NCBI GenBank assembly: GCA_041396725.1
Contig: JAWKYA010000004.1
Location: 20,019 to 84,018, forward strand
Source of the DNA: Alphaproteobacteria bacterium
GTDB taxonomy: Bacteria; Pseudomonadota; Alphaproteobacteria; JAWKYA01
Reading direction: 5' to 3'
DNA length: 64,000 nt
Shown here: positions 54,586 through 62,949 of the stretch, piece after piece
How positions within the stretch are numbered: position 1 is the first letter of the stretch
Layout of the letters: every line of letters begins with the position of its first letter
Made by a program: the position numbers and the translations under genes
Notes under the pieces: model-generated
Told to the model about the DNA's origin: nothing
What the model saw: only the letters and a program-made list of their open reading frames with translations
Database searches by the model: none

Positions 54586-55278
54586 TTATCCTGTAAGAGC
54601 GAGATGTTCAGCCATAATAAAGGGTGTATCTCGGTTAGCTTGATGAAAGAGGGCGACCGCATCCACTCTTAAAGGTCTATCTGCGATCGGCTCAACAATC
54701 GGAGCAATACCTTCAAGAATTTGAGCGCGATCGCCCGCGTCCAATCTCTGAGTCAGCGTCATATGAAAATGAAAATGCTCCATCACATAAGGATAGCCAA
54801 ATTTAACAAGCAGCTCATCCTCACGCTCTGATAGTCCTGCAGATCGTCGCTCTATTAACTCTTCCTCTGTTAATTCAGCTCGGAATGGTTCAAAAAATTC
54901 AACGGCGGATTGAGCTAGATGCGCCATTTGTGGACACGGCTCGATAAAGGTTAAGGCAAGAAAGCCATCGATAGAACGTAATTTCAGTGCTGGCGCCGTA
55001 AAGGGAGTCTCACTTGCGGCGAAAGCGGCAAAGGCTAATTTCAATGCAGCAGCATCTTGACCTTCAGCTAAGCGAAAGGGTGCTTTTAAGGTTGCATGAA
55101 AGCCGTAGTGTCGCGGCCCCGATGTCACCGTATATAAATGTTCAGGCCCCACGTCAGGTAAGCGCATTTGTCGGACAGACTTATCGCTAATAGTGTCGCG
55201 TCCTAAAAAAGAAGCTCCAAATTCGGCAAGTGGGCTACCCACCTTGGGGGCATAGTAAATAGCATAGCGACTACTCAT
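54586..55278 (-). CDS. DUF1045 phosphonate-metabolism-associated protein (2H-phosphoesterase-like)
   Basis: From ATG 55278: RYAIYYAP, PRHYGFHATLKAPF, GYPYV..HFHFHMTLT (two HxT motifs). Confidence 0.85.
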   Translation of the reverse strand: MSSRYAIYYAPKVGSPLAEFGASFLGRDTISDKSVRQMRLPDVGPEHLYTVTSGPRHYGFHATLKAPFRLAEGQDAAALKLAFAAFAASETPFTAPALKLRSIDGFLALTFIEPCPQMAHLAQSAVEFFEPFRAELTEEELIERRSAGLSEREDELLVKFGYPYVMEHFHFHMTLTQRLDAGDRAQILEGIAPIVEPIADRPLRVDAVALFHQANRDTPFIMAEHLALTG

Positions 55279-55300
55279 ATTTTTTCTTATCTCATTTTTT

Positions 55301-56446
55301 CTAGGCGACGCGCGATCCGTGCCGCCAAACTTCCTTGATAACGGGAATTTGGTCAATGATTCGCACACGCAGGAGATCCGCCCTTTGCCCAAGAGCGAGT
55401 GATCCACGATCACCCAATCCGGCTAAATGAGCCGGCGTAGAAGTAGCGGTAGCGATGGCTTGGGGAAGAGAGAGATTTCCTTGCCAGTGCAGGATAAAAG
55501 CACCATGAAGAAGGCTGACAGGCATATAGTCAGATGATAGGGCGCTTAAAAGACCTTGCTGAGCTAGGTCGAGTGCGGCCACATTCCCTGAATGGGATCC
55601 TCCACGGACAAGGTTTGGGGCGCCGGCGATTGTGGCCATACCGTGGCTGTAGGCAGCCTTAGCTGCAGTAATTGAGGTTGGGAACTCGCTAATGGTAATA
55701 CCAAGTGCCTTAGCCTCGTCAATATGGTCAGGAGTAGTATCATCGTGGCTAGCAACAGCAATACCATGTTGGCACGCGGCTTGGGCGATTATTTTTCGAT
55801 TAGGCGCTGCATAGCGCGCCTGTAATTCTTGGGCACGCGCGATAAAGTCATCAAGATCATCGGTATGCATGCCTGCTGCGGGACCATAGGTTTTCCGATA
55901 TCGCTCAAGATCGGCAAATTGTCGTTGTCCAGGCGTATGATCCATGATTGAAACCAAACGTATAAAATTATTTGTGCAGAGTTCAAGAAATAGACCACCC
56001 ACATCAGGATCGCCAATCTCACATCGGACATGAATATAATGATTGGCACGGAAAATTTCTGAACGCTGTGCCTGATAAATTCCATCAAGAATCTTGGAAA
56101 AGACAGTTGGTCGGCCTAAATCATTTACGGAACTTCCGATACGAATAGCATCAAGAACTGTTGTGATGCCTGATGTTGCTACCTGTGCATCGTGAGCGAG
56201 AAGGGCAGGCACAACCGGCCATTCAACGCCAGGCCGTGGTCGGATATATTTTTCAAGATTATCTGTATGAATCTCAACCAACCCAGGCAGAAGATAATCA
56301 CCCTCCATATCAAGTGCCGATATGAGATGGGTTTTATCTGATTGGATATCCTCAATTGCTCCTTCCGAAATAACTAGTGATCCAAGAAAAACTTGGTCGG
56401 GAGTGACAATCTGTGCATTGGTAAAAAGGGTTTGTTTGCGGGTCAT
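55301..56446 (-). CDS. phnM: PhnM-family amidohydrolase (alpha-D-ribose 1-methylphosphonate 5-triphosphate diphosphatase)
   Basis: LLPGLVEIHTDNLE, SGITTV.DA, MDHTPGQRQF, ASHDD, SEFP, GAPNLVRGGSHSGN, LSSDY. ATG 56446 preferred. Confidence 0.9.
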   Translation of the reverse strand: MTRKQTLFTNAQIVTPDQVFLGSLVISEGAIEDIQSDKTHLISALDMEGDYLLPGLVEIHTDNLEKYIRPRPGVEWPVVPALLAHDAQVATSGITTVLDAIRIGSSVNDLGRPTVFSKILDGIYQAQRSEIFRANHYIHVRCEIGDPDVGGLFLELCTNNFIRLVSIMDHTPGQRQFADLERYRKTYGPAAGMHTDDLDDFIARAQELQARYAAPNRKIIAQAACQHGIAVASHDDTTPDHIDEAKALGITISEFPTSITAAKAAYSHGMATIAGAPNLVRGGSHSGNVAALDLAQQGLLSALSSDYMPVSLLHGAFILHWQGNLSLPQAIATATSTPAHLAGLGDRGSLALGQRADLLRVRIIDQIPVIKEVWRHGSRVA

Positions 56447-56451
56447 GTTTG

Positions 56452-56481
56452 AAAATAAAAAAGCCATGCTTTGGCATAGCT
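56452..56481 (-). terminator. Probable intrinsic terminator of hsp20
   Basis: On the - strand AGCTATGC-CAAA-GCATGGCT followed by TTTTTTATTTT. The stem's single mismatch is a U-G pair only on this strand. Confidence 0.6.
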
Positions 56482-56546
56482 TTTCGATCTTAACCATGCA
56501 AGGGTGAATTAAGTATTCAAAAAGATTTTATAAGAAGGACGTATGG

Positions 56547-57045
56547 TTATTTTTTCTCCGAAATATCAATTTTCTTAGCTTTATTCTTGGGTTGTCCAAG
56601 GTGAGGTATGGTGATTTTGAGCACGCCGTTAGTAAAGTCGGCCATTATTTTATCAGCATCGATATTCTCTCCAACTGAGAATGATCGCATAAAACTTTCA
56701 TAGCTTCTTTCTATGGCGTGCCAAGTATCGTTCTGTTTTTCATTCCCACGAGAAGAGGCTTCTGTTTTCTTTTCGCCGCGGATAGTCAAAACACCATGGG
56801 ATAAAGTTACACCGATATCTTCGCACTCAACTCCGGGCAGTTCAGCGACAACCTCTTGATTACCCCCCGTTTCTCGAATATCGACTTGGGGCATGAGTTC
56901 AGTGCCCCAAAACCCAGTTTTAAATGGAGTGCGCCCATCTCATACCTGATCAAAGAGACGATTCATTTGCCGTTGCAGAGCAAAAAACAGGCGATTCGAT
57001 GCTTGAAAGGTTACCGCTGAAAGGTATGAGTGATTTCAAGGCCAT
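56547..57045 (-). CDS. Hsp20 small heat-shock protein; 5' part broken by an extra base in a T run and an in-frame TGA (possible pseudogene or error)
   Basis: Alpha-crystallin domain PQVDIRE..AELPGV..ERSY.SFMRSF..NGVLKITIP (56547..56894). Upstream, MALKSLIPF..(F)ALQRQMNRLFDQV* from ATG 57045 after GAGGAG. Confidence 0.8.
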
Positions 57046-57261
57046 GATATATACTCCTCTTAAGGTTAAGCTGTACTCTACAGGGATCTTTTTTATTGAC
57101 CTACAAAGCCCTTAATCTTTTTCAGGCACAGCATTTATAGAGAAAAAGATTTTTCCTTAATGGTGTAGTCATGATGGTGCTAAGCTGAGGGGCGCGAGTA
57201 ATCTATAGGGTCTTTTGGCGCTTGATGATGTTCGCAGTATGAAGAGATCAGAGAAAAGAAT

Positions 57262-58266
57262 ATGAGTGTTAATACCGAGCTTGTTTCGCGGCGTGTTTCT
57301 GTCGCTCCAATGATGGATTGGACGGATCGGCACTGTCGGTTTTTTTTACGGCTCATCAGTAAGCGCGTATGGCTTTATACGGAAATGGTGACGCCTGGCG
57401 CCTTAATCCATGGCGATAGGCAACGGTTCCTTCAATTTCATCCAACCGAACATCCAATTGCCCTTCAATTAGGCGGCAGCGAACCAGCAGATCTCGCGAT
57501 AGCAGCAAAGCTAGGTGAAGATTACGGTTATGATGAAATTAACCTTAACCTTGGCTGCCCCTCTGATCGTGTGCAGCAAGGACGGTTTGGTGCCTGTTTA
57601 ATGCGCGAACCAGACCTGGTTGCATCATGCCTTAAGGCGATGCAGGCAGTTGTTGCAATCCCAGTAACTGTTAAGTGTCGCCTCGGTGTTGACGAGATGG
57701 ACGATTATGCACCTTTGCATAACTTTGTCGAAAGAGTCCGGGATGCTGGTTGCCGCACGATTATCGTTCATGCGCGTAAGGCGCTTTTACAGGGGTTATC
57801 GCCAAAGGAAAATCGCGAGATTCCGCCCCTTCGTCCGGAATTGGTTTATCAATTGAAGGATGAATTTCCAGCGCTTGAAATTATTATTAATGGAGGCATT
57901 CGTAGTCTCGATCTTATGGATCAACATCTTGCAAAAGGTGTGGATGGCGTTATGCTCGGTCGCGCTGCCTATCAAGATCCTTATATCCTTGCAACGATTG
58001 ATCATCGTTTTTACGGTGTTCCATCAAATCCACCTCGCCATGCAGATATTCTTGAAAAAATGATACCTTATATTGATCGACACATTGCTGAGGGCGGGCG
58101 TCTCTGGGATGTTGCTCGGCATATTCTTGGACTTGCCAATAACCTACGGGGAGCTCGGAATTTTCGTCGGATTATATCAGAAGGGGCGCGAGAGAAAGAG
58201 GCCACTACGGATGTAATACGCCGTGCCTTTCGAGAGTTAGTGTTGGATACACCGATAGCGGCGTAG
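57262..58266 (+). CDS. dusA: tRNA-dihydrouridine synthase A
   Basis: SVAPMMDWTDRHCR, ALQLGGSEP, EINLNLGCPSDRVQ, TVKCRLG, IVHARKA, GVMLGRAAY. Confidence 0.95.
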   Translation: MSVNTELVSRRVSVAPMMDWTDRHCRFFLRLISKRVWLYTEMVTPGALIHGDRQRFLQFHPTEHPIALQLGGSEPADLAIAAKLGEDYGYDEINLNLGCPSDRVQQGRFGACLMREPDLVASCLKAMQAVVAIPVTVKCRLGVDEMDDYAPLHNFVERVRDAGCRTIIVHARKALLQGLSPKENREIPPLRPELVYQLKDEFPALEIIINGGIRSLDLMDQHLAKGVDGVMLGRAAYQDPYILATIDHRFYGVPSNPPRHADILEKMIPYIDRHIAEGGRLWDVARHILGLANNLRGARNFRRIISEGAREKEATTDVIRRAFRELVLDTPIAA

Positions 58267-58633
58267 CGCGAGGTTTTCGCGGTGATCGCTTAAGCTTCAG
58301 CTTTTACAGCAATACCAATACGATCATTCAAAGCGAAGAGAATCTCAGACGGTAACTAAGATTACAAATGATGCCCTATAGCTTTTGATGCCCGAGACTA
58401 TTCGTGGCTTCCTTCTTGAGAGAAGAGTGCGAGACGCAGATATATTTGCGATTGGTCACGGCATAGCACAAATGTTGCGAACAGTAATAGCATCGCAACT
58501 TATAGGGTGAAACCTTCCGTGAGCTCGTGACGGGCAGTCAAAAAACTGAGAAATACTCTAAGAATAAATAAGCTAGCCTCGCGCAGCGGAGGATAATAAA
58601 ATACAGATCTTCCGTATAGGTTATCAGGATGGA

Positions 58634-59581
58634 ATGATGTGGTTTAAAAGGCGGAACCGACGGGATTTTTTGCGTGCAACAGCGCAAGGAATATCGTTTA
58701 CGGCATTGGCAGCAACCTTCCCAAAGGCCTCACGAAGCGCACTTCTTGCACGTCCGATCATGATCGGAGGAAGAGATACGCTCGAAGAACAGCTTCTAAC
58801 AACGCTGACAATCCAATTGTTGAACCAAGCGGGTATTCCAACGCAGCATGTTCCGGGCCTTGATACATTGACATTACGCCGGCGTCTTGAAGAGGGAACC
58901 ATTGATCTTTATTGGGAGTTCACGTGGGTCGGTCTTTCCGTTCATAATGGTGTACAAGAGCGCTTGAAGTCCTATGAAACCTATGATGCGGTAACCGCTC
59001 TTGATAGTCGTCGAGGGATTGTTTGGCTGGATCCTGCGCGTGTTAATCTTGCACCTACTCTAGGTGTAAGGCGAGAGCTTGTAGAAGCGACAGGTGTCAC
59101 AGGAATAAGCGATCTTGCGGAGATCGTCGCTAAGATTACCTTGCATCCGCTAACGATTGCGATTGCCGATAATTTTCGTGCGGATGCCAAAGATGGATTT
59201 ATTGCTTTACAACGCGCTTATGGATTTAAATGGCCTTCGGATGCGGTATTGGCGTTAGGAAATCGCTCGGTTTATGATGTTTTGAGATTGAAGCAGGCGG
59301 ATGTAGGAATTGTGCAGAGAACAAAGCCCTATATAATTACGTATAATCTCGTGGCGCTTGAGGATGAGCGTGAATTTTTCTTACCGTATGTTCTAGCGCC
59401 TGTGATGCGTCAGTCGCTTGCTCAAGAGCAGTTGCTGTTAATTGAGAAATTAAATGCTCTCGCAAAACTTATAGATGATCGATCTATGCGTCAGCTATCT
59501 GCGGCTATAGATGGAAAAGAAAATTCAATGAATGAAGTTACAGAGAATTTCTTGAAAACGACAGGATTAATAAAGAGTTAG
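58634..59581 (+). CDS. Glycine betaine/choline-family (OsmX/OpuAC-like) ABC substrate-binding protein with twin-arginine signal
   Basis: NRRDFLR Tat motif; EEQLL..L..QLL..AG, GTIDLYWEFT, VWLDPA, LEDEREFF.PY...PV.R. Confidence 0.7.
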   Translation: MMWFKRRNRRDFLRATAQGISFTALAATFPKASRSALLARPIMIGGRDTLEEQLLTTLTIQLLNQAGIPTQHVPGLDTLTLRRRLEEGTIDLYWEFTWVGLSVHNGVQERLKSYETYDAVTALDSRRGIVWLDPARVNLAPTLGVRRELVEATGVTGISDLAEIVAKITLHPLTIAIADNFRADAKDGFIALQRAYGFKWPSDAVLALGNRSVYDVLRLKQADVGIVQRTKPYIITYNLVALEDEREFFLPYVLAPVMRQSLAQEQLLLIEKLNALAKLIDDRSMRQLSAAIDGKENSMNEVTENFLKTTGLIKS

Positions 59582-59591
59582 AGTCCTCAGA

Positions 59592-60218
59592 TCAGTCATT
59601 AGCAAGCTCTTTTAATTTTGCTTCTAAAGCCGTGATAAGACCTTGAAATCCTTGCCGATCAAGAACGGCGACATATTGTGAGCGTTTTTCTGCCAGCTGA
59701 CTGATTGTTCCTTTTAAAAACACATCAACGACACGCCAGTTTTGTTCCGAATCCTGCATCATCAAATAAACAATCTCGACTGGATCGTCGCCCGGTTTTC
59801 CAATTGTTGTTTTGACAAGGCGAGAACCGCGTTCGCTCTCAGTTTCACCTAAAATTGTAAATTTTTGCCCACTATAACCGCTAAAGCGGGTTGCATACTC
59901 TGCAGCCGTAAATTGCGAAAATATATCTTTTAAATGCGTTCGCTGGTTTTCATTTAAATTTGCCCAATAACGTCCCACGGCAACCTGTGCCATTCGAGGA
60001 AGATCAAAGGTTCGTGTAACAACTGGCGCTAAAAGATCATAACGGCCGCGAAAATGTAAAGTTTTAGCATTCTGCATAGCCTGAAGGAGGGTTTGATGCA
60101 AACCGTCGATAACCTGTGAGGGAGAGGCTTGCTGAGCAGTAGCTGTATTCGCTATAAGCACCGCAGCGGCGAGGCCGAGTAGGCAATGCTTCGCCAATTG
60201 AGCAAGGCGGTGAATCAT
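59592..60218 (-). CDS. hpnM: HpnM/MlaC (Ttg2D) family lipid-binding periplasmic protein
   Basis: Signal peptide, LAPVVTRTFDLPRMAQVAVG..W, YATRF..YSG, WRVVDV...G.ISQLA..RSQY; near hpnA. Confidence 0.75.
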   Translation of the reverse strand: MIHRLAQLAKHCLLGLAAAVLIANTATAQQASPSQVIDGLHQTLLQAMQNAKTLHFRGRYDLLAPVVTRTFDLPRMAQVAVGRYWANLNENQRTHLKDIFSQFTAAEYATRFSGYSGQKFTILGETESERGSRLVKTTIGKPGDDPVEIVYLMMQDSEQNWRVVDVFLKGTISQLAEKRSQYVAVLDRQGFQGLITALEAKLKELAND

Positions 60219-60451
60219 TCATATCTCTCCTTGAGGTAGCGATCTTCGACATTCGAACAGAATCGCACCAACACTAACTTTGTATTTGGCCTAAACGCTT
60301 ATGGCAAATAACGTGAATAATCGATGAATTGTATATGGATTACCTCAACCTATTTCATGTAAAGAAACCTTTGTTCTGCAACCTGTGCTGTACCATCAGC
60401 CTTTTATACGCACCCGCCCTTTAAGATCAATACAAGTGATTAAAGATTGAT

Positions 60452-61705
60452 ATGACCCGAGTCCCTCTCAAAGTAGCCGTTCTTGTGGATTTGGAGCGGA
60501 CTCCAATAGCAGGAGGGCATGTGAAGTGCTGGGAACGCCTAGCCGAGGCTGCGGTATCTATGCCGGATTCCCTAGACTTAACAGTCTATTTCCTGGGTCA
60601 GAAAATAGAACAGATTAATTTCGGACCAAACGTACGATTTAGGCTACTAACCCCTATCCTAGGAACGCGACAATTTATCTTCCTCAGGAGGACCGCAGAT
60701 CATACGGATCTTGCGTGGTTTCATGGCATTCTAGCACAAGAGCTTTGGCAGTATGATGTTATTCATACAACAGACACATTTGCCTTTGCGCAAACTGCCA
60801 TACGCCATCGCAAAAAAAATAAAACGGTCCTCGTCGCGTCCTTACACACAGATCTTATTCGATTTACTCGTATTTATAGTGAAAAAATTCTGCTAGATAT
60901 CTTTGGTAAAGGAAGATTGGGGCGGTTTTTTATCCAGACTCTTAGTATTCCGGACTATGTAACGCGCCGCGCCGAGCGCCGCCTAACAAGCTTTTTAAAC
61001 CATTGCGATTATATTTTAGCGTCCTCACGAGAGGATACTTTACGTTTGCAGAAGATTTTTCCTCCTTCTAGGTTTGGCTACCTTCGGCGGGGAATAGATA
61101 AAGAAAGATTCCACCCAAAACACCGCGACAGAGTATGGTTGAATTCGGTATACGGAATACCTCCAGGAGTACCGGTTTTACTTTTTGTCGGCCGTGTCGA
61201 TGAGAGTAAGGGGGTCATGATTTTGGCCGAAGCGGCCAAGAATCTAATCGATTCGGGAATATCTGTGCATGTGATGATTTGCGGAAAAGGGGATCGAGCC
61301 GATACCATTAAGGCCTTATTAGAATCAAATGTGACTCTAACAGGATCCTTAGCTCAAGAGGATCTTGCGCGCATCTATGCAACTTGTGATTTATTTATTT
61401 TCCCATCCGCAAGCGATCTTGCCCCCAATGTTGTTATTGAGGCAAAGACCTCTGGGCTAGTGCCGATCGTTGCCGCAGGGGATGGCGGTGCTCAATTTGT
61501 GCGGGATAATATTGATGGTGTGGTAGAAAACTCTCGTGAAGCTATAGTATGGGCGGGGCGGATTCGTTCGATCATTGAAAATGATAAAATCTGAGCGAAT
61601 TATAGTCGAGCCGCGCGTCTCTGGGCAGAGCAAATCTGGCCATCATGGACTGAAGTCCTGCAGCAAGATCTTTTATCTGTATGGCAGAATCTTGTGCGGA
61701 ACTAA
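60452..61705 (+). CDS. Glycosyltransferase family 4 (GT-B) protein; in-frame TGA at 61592-61594 followed by a further 36 codons in the same frame
   Basis: GGHVKCWERLA, HTDL..F, RRGIDKERFHP, LLFVGRVDESKG, CDLFIFPS.SD..PNVVIEAK.SGL. After the TGA: ANYSRAARLWAEQIWPSWTEVLQQDL..W, stop at 61703-61705. Confidence 0.85.
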
Positions 61706-61717
61706 GCGTATTTATCG

Positions 61718-62938
61718 TTGAGTTATTATAGGTTTCCCGGCATTCTCCGTGGTAACAAGATACAGGGGCTACTGGGGCTTAGACGACGAATGGCATTCAT
61801 ATCATGGGCGCAGGCTGTTGATACTGTTAAACTTTTACCACAAGGCGGACCTGCATGTTGTAATGTGTCGGTAACGAATCTATGCAATGCGACGTGTGAT
61901 TTTTGCGGCTATGCAAAAGATAAACAGAATGTCACAAAAGATAATCGCGCTTTTATCGATGCTAAATTAGCCATAAAAGCTTTTGATATATTATTCAAAA
62001 AAGGTGTTCGATATTTGACATTCTCGGGAGGAGAGCCACTCCTTCATCCGCAATTATTTTCTATGGCACAGGCCGCGACGCATAAGGGTATGCGAGTTGC
62101 TATTGTCACAAATGGCTCGACCCTTATACAACGCAATATCGATCGAATTATTACGAGCGGTGTTCGTACAGTTTTTATATCAATTGATTCCCCACATGCA
62201 GAAGCACACGAAGCGAATAGAGGTCTTGCAGGTGTATTTGAACGCATAGAAGTAGCTGTTGGGAAACTTCGCGCCGCAGATATAAGAGTTATTGCTTCTG
62301 TAACAATTAATCGACTAATCGATGACTTTGATGCTTTAGCTAAGCGGCTTAAAGAATTAGGTTTTGAAACAGTAACTTTTACTTATCCAAAAACGACTCT
62401 TAGCTCAACGTCGCTTGTTTATTCGGAAGATAGCCGATTAATCGATTTTACGCCGGATGAGCTAATTGAGCGTCTTCGCCAAGTTCGCAATATGAAGGAT
62501 AATCAGGAGGGATTGGGAATCTTAAATCCAAAAGCAGCCCTCGAAGAAATGATACGACATGTGCGGCGCGAGCGCGAACTTTTCCCGTGCGTCGGAGGAA
62601 GTAATTATTTCTTCATGGATTGGAATTTTAATATATTTCGATGTGATTATTGGTTTGAGCCGATTTGCAAAGTATGGGATTTTGCTACAGCTCTACCGAT
62701 AAAAGATGGATGCACTCAGTGCATGTCGGTTTGCTATCGCGATGCAAGTGCGCTGATGGGGCTTCCTATTGCTATAGGAGAGACGATCGGGCACTTACAA
62801 AGAGGCCGTTTTCGCGATGCAGGGAAGGCTCTATTTGGGCAAACAGCACGCGCTTCTGCAAAGGCTCTGTGGCAAGAATGGCGTACCATCAATAAATTGG
62901 CACGTACGGGACGACATCGTGTACAAGAAGTACCGTAA
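61718..62938 (+). CDS. Radical SAM enzyme with Cys-rich C-terminal Twitch/SPASM-like domain (alternative start ATG 61790)
   Basis: CNATCDFC (CxxxCxxC), FSGGEPLLHP, IVTNGS, ISIDS; C-terminal CVGG..RC..IC..GCTQCMSVC. Confidence 0.9.
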   Translation: MSYYRFPGILRGNKIQGLLGLRRRMAFISWAQAVDTVKLLPQGGPACCNVSVTNLCNATCDFCGYAKDKQNVTKDNRAFIDAKLAIKAFDILFKKGVRYLTFSGGEPLLHPQLFSMAQAATHKGMRVAIVTNGSTLIQRNIDRIITSGVRTVFISIDSPHAEAHEANRGLAGVFERIEVAVGKLRAADIRVIASVTINRLIDDFDALAKRLKELGFETVTFTYPKTTLSSTSLVYSEDSRLIDFTPDELIERLRQVRNMKDNQEGLGILNPKAALEEMIRHVRRERELFPCVGGSNYFFMDWNFNIFRCDYWFEPICKVWDFATALPIKDGCTQCMSVCYRDASALMGLPIAIGETIGHLQRGRFRDAGKALFGQTARASAKALWQEWRTINKLARTGRHRVQEVP

Positions 62939-62949
62939 TGAATGTTAGC

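Noticed and set aside
57046-57110. ROSE thermometer or RpoH promoter upstream of hsp20
   Set aside because: Small hairpins exist, but I found no U(U/C)GCU anti-SD motif and no correctly spaced CTTGAA/CCCCAT pair.
58290-58334. Minus-strand ALNDRIGIAVKAEA-stop, reminiscent of a tmRNA tag
   Set aside because: There is no GCN-AAN-GAN resume context, and no tRNA-like ends (TPsiC arm, CCA) are visible nearby.
58500-58592. Fragments resembling c-di-AMP (GGGTGAA.CC, AGCTAGCCTCG) or c-di-GMP riboswitches
   Set aside because: Only short words match; the conserved pairing and spacing could not be built. Kept only as a generic structured-spacer finding.
56940-61594. Alternative genetic code (TGA = Trp) to explain in-frame opal codons
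   Set aside because: Several intact genes end at TGA with coupled downstream starts (liuC/liuD, metH-N/metH-C), and Trp is encoded by TGG throughout.
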